A program made the position numbers and the translations under genes. Source: an uncultured Psychrobacter sp. (GTDB taxonomy: Bacteria; Pseudomonadota; Gammaproteobacteria; Pseudomonadales; Moraxellaceae). From it: a DNA stretch of 64,000 bases. Below, piece by piece: positions 55,391 to 63,309 of this stretch. A model generated the notes under the pieces. The model saw only the letters and a program-made list of their open reading frames with translations, was not told where the DNA came from and ran no database searches. The first letter of the stretch is position 1. Each line of letters opens with the position of its first letter. The stretch is from positions 23,626 to 87,625 of the forward strand of contig CANLDW010000005.1 of NCBI GenBank assembly GCA_947489525.1. Direction: 5' to 3'.

Positions 55391-55422
55391 AAAATAAGCC
55401 GCATCATACGGCTTATTTTTTT
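55391..55422 (+). terminator. alpA terminator
   Basis: ATAAGCCG-catcata-CGGCTTAT followed by T7. Confidence 0.85.
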
Positions 55423-55527
55423 CTTCTTTTTGGTCTAATAGTCTAGTAGCATGACATGTAAACTACTTCTTATAGACCCTTTAACCTTATATAGAAAGGT
55501 CTAGGCGATACAACAAAGGTTGCAAAT

Positions 55528-55989
55528 GTGAGTTTGAGAAAAGAGATAGCATTAAGTATCTCGGCAGAGCTATCTAAAAGCTTGTCAGAGAAAATAACTA
55601 GACAGACTATTCGGTACATGCAAATTTTTGATACTGCGTTAGGTACAGAATATCTGGTCAACCTTTGGGATGACGTTTGTTATCAGCGACAAACTACTGA
55701 TTCTTTTTCATGGAGTTACTATGACGATATGATCTTATCGTTTGTAGTAAACCAGCTCAAGGAGCTAAGCAACTATGAGGTTAATGCTATCTGGCTGCAA
55801 ACTGATGCAATCTACGATCAGCTAGATGATATGCAATCTGACGGAATGACTACATCTAGCGAATATTCTGAAGTTGATTTACTTTGCTATACAAGTGATA
55901 TAGCAAGATATATCATGAGTAACTATATATACAGACAAGCAAATAACTGGCAGAACGATAGACTCAGGCAGCTATTAGGTGACTTTTGA
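55528..55989 (+). CDS. acidic hypothetical protein (153 aa)
   Basis: ORF with a GTG start and AAAGG 9 nt upstream. About 23 Asp/Glu against about 12 Lys/Arg. No recognisable family. Confidence 0.45.
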   Translation: MSLRKEIALSISAELSKSLSEKITRQTIRYMQIFDTALGTEYLVNLWDDVCYQRQTTDSFSWSYYDDMILSFVVNQLKELSNYEVNAIWLQTDAIYDQLDDMQSDGMTTSSEYSEVDLLCYTSDIARYIMSNYIYRQANNWQNDRLRQLLGDF

Positions 55990-56039
55990 AATACTTCAAG
56001 TAGCTAAGTATAGCTATCCTTAGCTGTTTCTAGCTATTC

Positions 56040-56397
56040 TTAGCTATTTGGAAGAGACCAAGTCCAGCCTTCAGAAACAACTAAACCATCGCGCCGCATT
56101 TTCTGCAATAGATTACGCACTTTGTTCTTATGCTGTTTGTCGTCTAACACTTGCGGTAGCTTATTAGCTAGCATTTCATCAAAGTCAGCTAACCTACCTC
56201 GCTCAATGCGTGCCATCCTCGACACCAAATACCAAGTAGCCAAATTTCTTACCAGCCAAACATGCGCTATTGGCAAGCGCAGATATACGCTGACCGATCT
56301 CATCGGAGCTATGAAAGTTATGCTTAAACTCAAGCCATTCTTGCTCGGTGAGCTGCTGAGTTAGGCTTAGGACAAGGCTTTGGTAGTGATTAGGCAT
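56040..56397 (-). pseudogene. remnant of an AlbA_2 (Schlafen-like divergent AAA) / RecG-like HTH regulator gene
   Basis: Two overlapping frames. The N-terminal 64 aa (EWLEFKHNF....IGQRISALANS...GYLVFGVEDGT) fits the AlbA_2 domain. The second frame ends with a typical C-terminal wHTH tail (KVRNLLQKMRRDGLVVSEG..WSL). About 120 codons in total, against more than 400 expected. Confidence 0.6.
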
Positions 56398-56557
56398 GGC
56401 AATAGTCTCATTATCTGATCAGCAATTAGTATAGCTGGACTTATTAGTATGGCAGTATTTTAACGATTTGTGTGATCTCTAGTAGCTTGAGTCTTAAATA
56501 AATGCGAAAAAACTACTAGCCTTTCGATATAATAAGTTTCATATAGATGATTTTTGC

Positions 56558-56586
56558 TTGATTCATTTTGTGCCGTGCGTTATTAT
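56558..56586 (+). promoter_or_regulatory. candidate sigma-70 promoter of a stand-alone small transcription unit
   Basis: TTGATT-N17-TATTAT. Confidence 0.45.
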
Positions 56587-56611
56587 TTTTTTATGCTGAT
56601 TTCGCTAAGAA

Positions 56612-56854
56612 ATGAAATTAGTCTTGTCTTCCCTTTTATCCAAATTAGTAGTTGTACTCGTTCTGTGTTTATTTCCCTGTATGTTGAATTTGTCAGCGTT
56701 GTATGACTTGACCAGTTTTATAGCAACCACAGATTTTGTGTATAACAAAGTGAAAGCTTTGACTAACCTTAAAAGTAACAGGAGCAAAGGTATGAAAACA
56801 GTTTCGAGAGTCAAAGGTGTGATTGCAGTGTCCTGGGGGTTAGCACAGCGATAA
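56612..56854 (+). CDS. small ORF: an 80-aa hydrophobic-N-terminus protein, or only its last 20 codons (ATG 56792 with an AGGAG SD)
   Basis: This is the only plus-strand ORF between the candidate promoter and the plus-strand-specific terminator. The N-terminus KLVLSSLLSKLVVVLVLCLF is TM-like. The internal ATG at 56792 has a perfect SD (AGGAGcaaaggtATG). Confidence 0.3.
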   Translation: MKLVLSSLLSKLVVVLVLCLFPCMLNLSALYDLTSFIATTDFVYNKVKALTNLKSNRSKGMKTVSRVKGVIAVSWGLAQR

Positions 56855-56926
56855 GACTACTACTTAGATAATGTTGTTGGCGGAGGGCTCTGCTTAAGGG
56901 CGTACCTTAGACTCCCACTATATTCA

Positions 56927-56967
56927 GAACCGTCCTATATAGGGCGGTTCTTCTATTTCTATCTTTT
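56927..56967 (+). terminator. plus-strand terminator of the small unit
   Basis: 9-bp stem GAACCGTCC/GGGCGGTTC (one G-U pair, which would be an A-C mismatch on the other strand), loop TATATA, then a U-rich tail TTCTATTTCTATCTTTT. Confidence 0.6.
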
Positions 56968-57229
56968 AGAAACATCCCTAACCCAAAACCTGCTTAATTA
57001 GCTGAAAATTACGCACAGATTTGCATAAACTTATCGACTTTGGCAACGATTCGGTGTTGTCCGTCTTAGATGTACTCAGTGTACTATCTGCGATCAGTCA
57101 CCATATAGCGTTTATAAAACTCCTTGACTATATAACATATCTGGCTTTTACTATCTAATCGCCACCTTACCATTCATCAGCTCAGACAAGCTCTATCACC
57201 TAAGCCCAACTAAATACTTTTCACACCAG

Positions 57230-57661
57230 CTAACTTGTTTTCAAATGCGGTATCAGCTCACCACTAGGTAGCTCTATTAGGTAAGTAGTCACAAGGTACG
57301 GTTCTGCTGGAAAGGTTAAAGCTTCAGGGATTAGCGGGCCATCTATTCCTATACCATAGTTATTCATATTAGCAAAGGATTTTTCAGCAGCTGCTAGTGT
57401 GTCCTCTACGATACTATGCATGTATTGATTAAAGGTAGCGACTTCCACAGCACCAGACATCGTGCCATGCTCAGAGCTAAGCTGATAGTTATCAGGGATC
57501 TTTACGACCTGTGCCGTTCGGTAGTCGGAACGCGCAAGTATTGTCAGCACCGTGCTTATTTCTTGATCGGTGGCATCTAACGCATAAGCTCTAAATAAAA
57601 AGCGCTGAACGACACCTGTCATCTGATCTACGATTGGCCAAATATTTGCTACCAGCTCCAT
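57230..57661 (-). CDS. hypothetical protein (143 aa) co-oriented with and 60 nt downstream of hsdR
   Basis: Clean ORF with an ATG start. No recognisable family. Confidence 0.55.
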   Translation of the reverse strand: MELVANIWPIVDQMTGVVQRFLFRAYALDATDQEISTVLTILARSDYRTAQVVKIPDNYQLSSEHGTMSGAVEVATFNQYMHSIVEDTLAAAEKSFANMNNYGIGIDGPLIPEALTFPAEPYLVTTYLIELPSGELIPHLKTS

Positions 57662-57721
57662 AACGTTTTTCCTGACTATAACTTTAATAGAGATTTGTAT
57701 TTATTAATTTATAAGTATCGT

Positions 57722-60700
57722 CTACTCAGGTTGAGCACCACCCACAACAAACGCCCTCAACGCTGCATCAACCTTTATATTGACTTTAAACATAGGAATA
57801 CTGCTGCCTTCTAGCGCTTCAAAATAGGCTTTTGCTTTGTCTTTATCAACGGTACTCTTAAGCTCATCGAAACGTCCAAACTCATTGATGTTCGATTCAG
57901 TCACTACGCTATCTAGAAGCGTGCGCAGTTGGGCTTCATCCAGACCTAGGTTATCCGAAAACTGTTTGATACTGTCATGCTGAGCCTGTGCTTGGTATTT
58001 GATGATATAGTCTTTAAAGGTAGTATCAGCTTCAATCTTAACTTTACCACGTTGTACATCGCGCAAGAATATATTAGCGTATTTTTGTTCGTCAGCACTT
58101 AGCGTCGGAAAGGCTTTATGTAATTCATTTAGCGCTTGCTCGGCATCGCCCAGCTCAAGCGACTCGATATACTTCTTAAAGCGTTCGTTTAGATACTCGG
58201 TATCGATTCTAGCAGTATTGATTTGGGTGAGATGACCTGAGATGTCAAAGGGTACATCACCTGATCCACTCGATGAGCCCCCTTGAAACAGCTCTTTATA
58301 ACGCATAGCTAAAATTAGATATGTTTGTTCATCGAAGTCTAGCGTGACTCTAGTATCTTCGAAGTCATAGCTTAACTTATCCCACGTAAAACCTTGGATC
58401 TCTGCTGCCTCCAAATGGTCGTTCAACTGCTTGAATAGCTTAGCAAACTTAGCTTTGCTAGCATCCGTACTAGGCAGAGCCTCAAAGCTTGCTATCCCAT
58501 CTGCGCTAAATACCGCTTGGATTTCAGCAAAAACATCATTCATCTTAGCCAGATTACTCTCAAGTTTATCGACAAACAGTCCAATGGGTTTGTCACCAGA
58601 GTAAAGCTTGATCGCCGCTTCGATATTACGCGCCATGGTATAAGGCTTGCGGTAGTAGCGAATCGTACCGAAGGGTTTTTCATGACCAAATAAGCGGTTG
58701 GTACGCGAGAACGCTTGGATGATATTTTCGTAGCGTATAAGCTTATCGATATATAAGGTATTGACCCATTTAGAATCGAATCCTGTCAGCATCTGCTCAA
58801 CGACTATCAATATATCCAGCTGCTGATCTGGCGTGCGCTCAATAAACTGATACGGCTCTTTATGCGCTAAACGATTGGCAAGATCTTTTTTAAACTTGCT
58901 ATGACTGGCTATTTTAAAGTCTTTGTCATATTGGCTATTGTAGTCGGTGATAATCTCAGCCATGCCTTGTTCTTTAAAAATGGATGTTTTCTCATTGTCT
59001 GTAACAGTATCAAATAAGGCGCTGATTTTTAGAGTTAGACCTTGTACTTGGATTTGCGATTTTAATAAGCGGTAATAAGTAATGGCTTCAACAATGCTAC
59101 TGGTCGCAAATATGGCATGGAACTTACCGCCTCGGCTAAGCGTTGGGAAATTATCCAAGATATCTTCAACCACCATGTTCTGGTGCTCATCTGTCAGATA
59201 CTGCTCTTTGGGTAGATAATCCTCAATACCTTTGATGTATGTACCATCAGCTTGCTTATGCCCTGCCATGGCGACATCATTGATAAACTCATAATACTTT
59301 TTACGCTTTTTTTCATCTGCTAAGGCTTCTGCCTCTGTGCTAGATTTTGCTTGTTGCAAAGCTACAGCTTGACGGACTTCTTTATCCTTAAAGGTCGCTA
59401 CGCGGTATAAGTCAAAGCCTAAGACGTTTTTATCACGTATACCATCAGCAATACTGTAGCGGTGCAGCTCATCGCCGAATATATCAGCGGTGGTATTCAT
59501 TTTACGCTGGTTTTCGTCATGAATAGGCGTGCCGGTAAAGCCAAAAAATATCGCATTAGAAAAGGTTTGTTTGATGGTTTTGAGCATATCGCCAAAGGTT
59601 GAGCGATGCGCTTCATCAACGATAAATACTAAACGCTTGTCCTGCATGACACTCAGATCGTGAGCATTCATACCGCTACTGTCGACTTCGATATTGCTCA
59701 TTTTTTGGATGGAGGTGACGATTAAGGTATCTTTTGGATCGCTGCTTTTTATTTTGCCAATTAAAGCATGGGTGTCATCCGTATCCTGCACGTCATCGAT
59801 GTCATCAGCAAAATGTTGATACTGGATAAATGACTGTGTACCCAGCTCAATGCGATCCATCAAAAAGATCACTTTATCCGCATCTTGAGAGCTGGCAATC
59901 AATTGCGCGGACTTGAAGCTGGTCATGGTCTTGCCTGAGCCTGTGGTATGCCAGATATAGCCGCCAAGCTGACTATTGGCATCCTGCCATTTGGTAGTAG
60001 ATACCTTATCAGAGATAGCATTGGCAGCATAATACTGATAACTGCGCATCACCTTTAATACACCATCTGCCTTGTCCGCTACGGTATAAAATCCGATCAT
60101 CTGATGCGCCATAGGAATAGACAGCAATGATGCTGCGATATCTTTGTAGCTGGTGTACGGCTCATTATAGAAATTTGCCCAGCTAAAATAGTAATCAGCA
60201 TTAAAGTTGCCATCGGGATTGGCAAAATATACTGACTCTTCAGGATTCATAGCGACAAAAATCTGCACTAATGCAAACAGTCCGGTAAAGATGCCAGCAT
60301 CGCTATATTTCTCAATTTGATTGCACGCTTGGCTGATAGGCACACCGCTACGTTTCAGCTCAATATGAAAGACAGGCATGCCGTTAATCAGTAGCATGAG
60401 GTCACCACGGCGGTCACGCAGCCCAGGCGACTTGGTTGGGAATTGGGGCTGTTTGACGATCTGGTAGCGGCTCTGACCTGCTGCGATCTCGTGGCGATCA
60501 TATATCTTTAGGCTGATCTCTTTACCTAAATGCAAAGGGTCGTCTGGGTTATCACGGATGATCGAGACGGTCTTACCATTGATAAAGCCGTTGAGCTTAA
60601 GCGGTGTCTTTAAGGTATTAATCTGCTCAATGAGCTGCTGCATCTCGCTATCGGTCAGCGGTACGTTGTTGAGGCGATCGATACAACGATTGTTCTCAAA

Positions 60701-60829
60701 TAAGATACGCGCCCAGTTATTGATAAGGTCTTGCTCGGTAGGCCGATTGATAACTTCCTCTTCCCAGCCTTTTTGTTTGAGGATATGGATGAGCGCGTCT
60801 TCAAATTTGTCTTCAGATGCAAAGGTCAT
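57722..60829 (-). CDS. hsdR: type I restriction enzyme R subunit
   Basis: N-terminal nuclease region (FEDALIHILKQKGW, PD-(D/E)xK-like IELK), SF2 motor with HTTGSGKT (motif I) and VDEAHRS (DEAH), and a long helical C-terminus. The ATG at 60829 has a GAAGG SD; the ORF-track TTG at 60853 is less likely. Confidence 0.93.
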   Translation of the reverse strand: MTFASEDKFEDALIHILKQKGWEEEVINRPTEQDLINNWARILFENNRCIDRLNNVPLTDSEMQQLIEQINTLKTPLKLNGFINGKTVSIIRDNPDDPLHLGKEISLKIYDRHEIAAGQSRYQIVKQPQFPTKSPGLRDRRGDLMLLINGMPVFHIELKRSGVPISQACNQIEKYSDAGIFTGLFALVQIFVAMNPEESVYFANPDGNFNADYYFSWANFYNEPYTSYKDIAASLLSIPMAHQMIGFYTVADKADGVLKVMRSYQYYAANAISDKVSTTKWQDANSQLGGYIWHTTGSGKTMTSFKSAQLIASSQDADKVIFLMDRIELGTQSFIQYQHFADDIDDVQDTDDTHALIGKIKSSDPKDTLIVTSIQKMSNIEVDSSGMNAHDLSVMQDKRLVFIVDEAHRSTFGDMLKTIKQTFSNAIFFGFTGTPIHDENQRKMNTTADIFGDELHRYSIADGIRDKNVLGFDLYRVATFKDKEVRQAVALQQAKSSTEAEALADEKKRKKYYEFINDVAMAGHKQADGTYIKGIEDYLPKEQYLTDEHQNMVVEDILDNFPTLSRGGKFHAIFATSSIVEAITYYRLLKSQIQVQGLTLKISALFDTVTDNEKTSIFKEQGMAEIITDYNSQYDKDFKIASHSKFKKDLANRLAHKEPYQFIERTPDQQLDILIVVEQMLTGFDSKWVNTLYIDKLIRYENIIQAFSRTNRLFGHEKPFGTIRYYRKPYTMARNIEAAIKLYSGDKPIGLFVDKLESNLAKMNDVFAEIQAVFSADGIASFEALPSTDASKAKFAKLFKQLNDHLEAAEIQGFTWDKLSYDFEDTRVTLDFDEQTYLILAMRYKELFQGGSSSGSGDVPFDISGHLTQINTARIDTEYLNERFKKYIESLELGDAEQALNELHKAFPTLSADEQKYANIFLRDVQRGKVKIEADTTFKDYIIKYQAQAQHDSIKQFSDNLGLDEAQLRTLLDSVVTESNINEFGRFDELKSTVDKDKAKAYFEALEGSSIPMFKVNIKVDAALRAFVVGGAQPE

Positions 60830-60845
60830 GGACAAGCCTTCTGAG

Positions 60846-62072
60846 TTATACAAACATTTTTGCCAATAAGGCTTGTTTAAGGTTTTCTAAAGTTTTAAGC
60901 TGCTTGGCTTGTAAGCTTAGCGTATCGTCAAGTTGTTTAAAGAATTGACCGATGGCGGTTTGTTCGGCAGACTGTAAAGGTGTACTAATAATTATTTTTT
61001 TTAAACTAGATGTAGTAATTGCAGGATAACTTGTTCCTGTACATTCTTTGAGAACATCATATACAAAACTATCTTTCTGTATATAGCTTAATAGGAAATC
61101 ACTACTTATATACGGTCTAATTTGAATATAACCTGTAGAAAAAACGAAGTCAGTATAATGTAAATTGAACAGATAATTATTTTTCTGATATGGTCGAACA
61201 GCTTGATAAAAAAGATCTCCTTCTTTAGCTAGTCGCTGTGCTCGAGAAGGAGCTTGCTCCCTTGACTCTTTTCTTGAATATAAAAGCTTCGTTCCAGAAA
61301 CTGACTCTAAATCGACATAATTAAAGTTATCAGGTAAAACTCCTGACGGATTAAAGTCTCCTATACCTCCTAACTCAATTTCAACCCAATCCCCACTAAA
61401 CCCTGCTAAACGAATCTCAGGCTGCTTTTGTCCTTTTTTTGGGAACATTTTACTCAGTAGCGATTGTTTAAGCGTTTGCGTTTGCTCATGCTTACGGCGC
61501 TGTAGGGCAATGGTTTGGTCGATATTTTGAAAAAAGTTGCCGATGGCGATTTGTTCTTGCATTGAATTCGGTAACGTATATTTTAAATGCTTAATACCTG
61601 ACCAATTAACATAAATTTGTGTATTCCCTTGTGAGGACTTTACAATCTTTTCACGTATGTTATCAGCATTTAGCATTTGATACATAAATTTAGGATAATA
61701 CTTTTGCTGATCCAATATCAGTCGCTGTGTTCTTTGATTGAACACGTATTTTTCATCTTCATCGATTAGTAAAGCTCTTCCTATGATATTACCTGCTAAA
61801 GTTTTATCATTCAAAACCATAGCAAGATCATTTTTATTTAAAACCTTTTTTTTGGTTTTTTCATTTTCTGATGCTCGGATACCTTGATCTGTGTATGTAC
61901 TGTTTTTCGAGTACGAGCCAATACTTATTACCTTATATTTACCAGTTTTTGCAAACTCACTTTCTAGAGACGTTCCACCTACTGACGACCCGAAGTCCTC
62001 CATAGGCCGCAAAGTCCAATCCTCACTAAAACCTGTAAAGCGAATTTGTGGTGTTTGTTGTCTTATACTCAT
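60846..62072 (-). CDS. hsdS: type I restriction-modification S (specificity) subunit
   Basis: Two target-recognition halves, each followed by a conserved helix (LKQSLLSKMFP / LKQALLAKMFV), with IRFTGFSEDW / IRLAGFSGDW repeats. Confidence 0.92.
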   Translation of the reverse strand: MSIRQQTPQIRFTGFSEDWTLRPMEDFGSSVGGTSLESEFAKTGKYKVISIGSYSKNSTYTDQGIRASENEKTKKKVLNKNDLAMVLNDKTLAGNIIGRALLIDEDEKYVFNQRTQRLILDQQKYYPKFMYQMLNADNIREKIVKSSQGNTQIYVNWSGIKHLKYTLPNSMQEQIAIGNFFQNIDQTIALQRRKHEQTQTLKQSLLSKMFPKKGQKQPEIRLAGFSGDWVEIELGGIGDFNPSGVLPDNFNYVDLESVSGTKLLYSRKESREQAPSRAQRLAKEGDLFYQAVRPYQKNNYLFNLHYTDFVFSTGYIQIRPYISSDFLLSYIQKDSFVYDVLKECTGTSYPAITTSSLKKIIISTPLQSAEQTAIGQFFKQLDDTLSLQAKQLKTLENLKQALLAKMFV

Positions 62073-62073
62073 A

Positions 62074-63150
62074 TTACACTCGATTCATAAAAAGCTGATA
62101 TAACGCAATATTGATATAATAAGAAGTTCTACCAATTTTTTCTTTTTGTAAAAGTCCAATTTCGGTTAGCTCATCAAGATACTTAGTAGCGGTCTTACGC
62201 GTGACATCCAAGTCGTTTTGGACAAACTCTATCTTGGTATAAGGATGATTGAACAAATTATTCAATAGCTCTTGGCGATAGATTTTGGGCTTTTGCTCTC
62301 GAATTGTATGCTTATAGAGTTGCATCAGTTTTTTCATCTCTTTGATCAATGCAATAGTCGAGATAGCTGTTTCTTCTACACTGTCGAGCATAAACAGTAT
62401 CCACCCCTCCCACTCACCCGTATCTCTTACCTCTTGTAGATAACGATAATAGTCAGCTTTATTTTGGATAAGATAATTACTCAGATAGAGTACAGGCAAG
62501 TCTAGCAAGCCTTGAGTAATCAGATATAGAATATTGATGATGCGCCCTGTACGCCCATTGCCATCGTAAAACGGGTGAATACTCTCAAATTGATGATGAA
62601 TCACCGCCATTTTAACTAAAGGGTCAAGATCACAAGCCTCATTGTCATTGGTAAAGGTGACCAGGTTATCCATAAGTCTTTTGACATCTTCAGGATGCTG
62701 TGGCGGGGTATAAACGACTTGACCACGATTATTCTGTAGCGTGGTGCCTGGTAATTTGCGAAACCCTGCCACGTTCTTTTCAAGCTCTTCTTGAATGGTC
62801 AAAATATCACTCAGACGAATGATTTGATTTTTTCTGATAACCGCAAAGCTTGATTTTAGTGCCTGATTATAATTTTGCACCTCTTTTGTCGCAAGGTTTT
62901 GATCCATCAAGGACAGTTCAGCTTTAAATAGCTCATCGTGGGTGGTTACTATGTTTTCAATCTCAGAGCTGTTTTTCGCCTCTTGTAAAACGAGTGTGTT
63001 TATCAATATGGCTTCATTAGGAATGGACGAAACCACCCCTTTTAGTTCTGCTAAGTAGCGATGGGCTGATGATAGCTTTTTGAGTACCGCTCTAGTTTCT
63101 AGCGATTCCATGTCATCAAAGGGTAACTCTTTTATTTCATACGTTGTCAT
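62074..63150 (-). CDS. Fic family protein (AMP-transferase type, Fic_N plus Fic plus a C-terminal wHTH)
   Basis: Active-site motif HPFYDGNGRTGR at 62542-62577. N-terminal SSEIEN (62953-62970) fits the [ST]xxxE[GN] inhibitory motif. The ATG at 63150 has an AGAGGT SD. Confidence 0.9.
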   Translation of the reverse strand: MTTYEIKELPFDDMESLETRAVLKKLSSAHRYLAELKGVVSSIPNEAILINTLVLQEAKNSSEIENIVTTHDELFKAELSLMDQNLATKEVQNYNQALKSSFAVIRKNQIIRLSDILTIQEELEKNVAGFRKLPGTTLQNNRGQVVYTPPQHPEDVKRLMDNLVTFTNDNEACDLDPLVKMAVIHHQFESIHPFYDGNGRTGRIINILYLITQGLLDLPVLYLSNYLIQNKADYYRYLQEVRDTGEWEGWILFMLDSVEETAISTIALIKEMKKLMQLYKHTIREQKPKIYRQELLNNLFNHPYTKIEFVQNDLDVTRKTATKYLDELTEIGLLQKEKIGRTSYYINIALYQLFMNRV

Positions 63151-63197
63151 AGACACCTCTTAGAATATGCGTCATTTTCTAGACTTTTTATACAGGT

Positions 63198-63275
63198 TAT
63201 GCAGATATGCATAAATAAATGCTTTTTTTACTCATATTTGCATAACATGCGTAAATTTCCTAATATTTTACGCAT
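63198..63275 (-). promoter_or_regulatory. inverted repeats in the hsdM-fic spacer (candidate operator/promoter region)
   Basis: TATGCA-gata-TGCATA (63198-63213) and ATGCGTAAA-N11-TTTACGCAT (63247-63275). A third ATGCGTCA lies at 63167. Confidence 0.35.
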
Positions 63276-63309
63276 ATATAAGAATTATCTTTCTATAGAA
63301 TGTATTATT

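Noticed and set aside
47017-55422. The idea that the hairpin-punctuated genes are integron cassettes with attC sites
   Set aside because: No intI gene is present. There are no GTTRRRY core or inverse-core sequences at the hairpin flanks. The hairpins are short GC stems with T-runs, which marks them as ordinary intrinsic terminators.
57155-57175. cgccaccttac, which resembles the tRNA 3' end plus junction (cgccaatcttac), as a possible internal attR separating two tandem islands
   Set aside because: Only about 11 nt of imperfect similarity, with no match to the upstream T-arm sequence. This is within chance expectation.
56398-57229. A retron, CRISPR array or other known ncRNA locus in the gap with no large ORF
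   Set aside because: There are no repeat-spacer periodicity, no reverse transcriptase or cas genes nearby, and no msr/msd-like long inverted repeats. Only the small promoter-ORF-terminator unit reported above is supported.
60995-61861. Homopolymer tracts (T8 at 60995-61002 and 61846-61853, T6 at 61856-61861) in hsdS as phase-variation switches
   Set aside because: Tracts of 8 nt or fewer in a very AT-rich gene are expected by composition. The gene is currently in frame, and there is no population data to show length variation.
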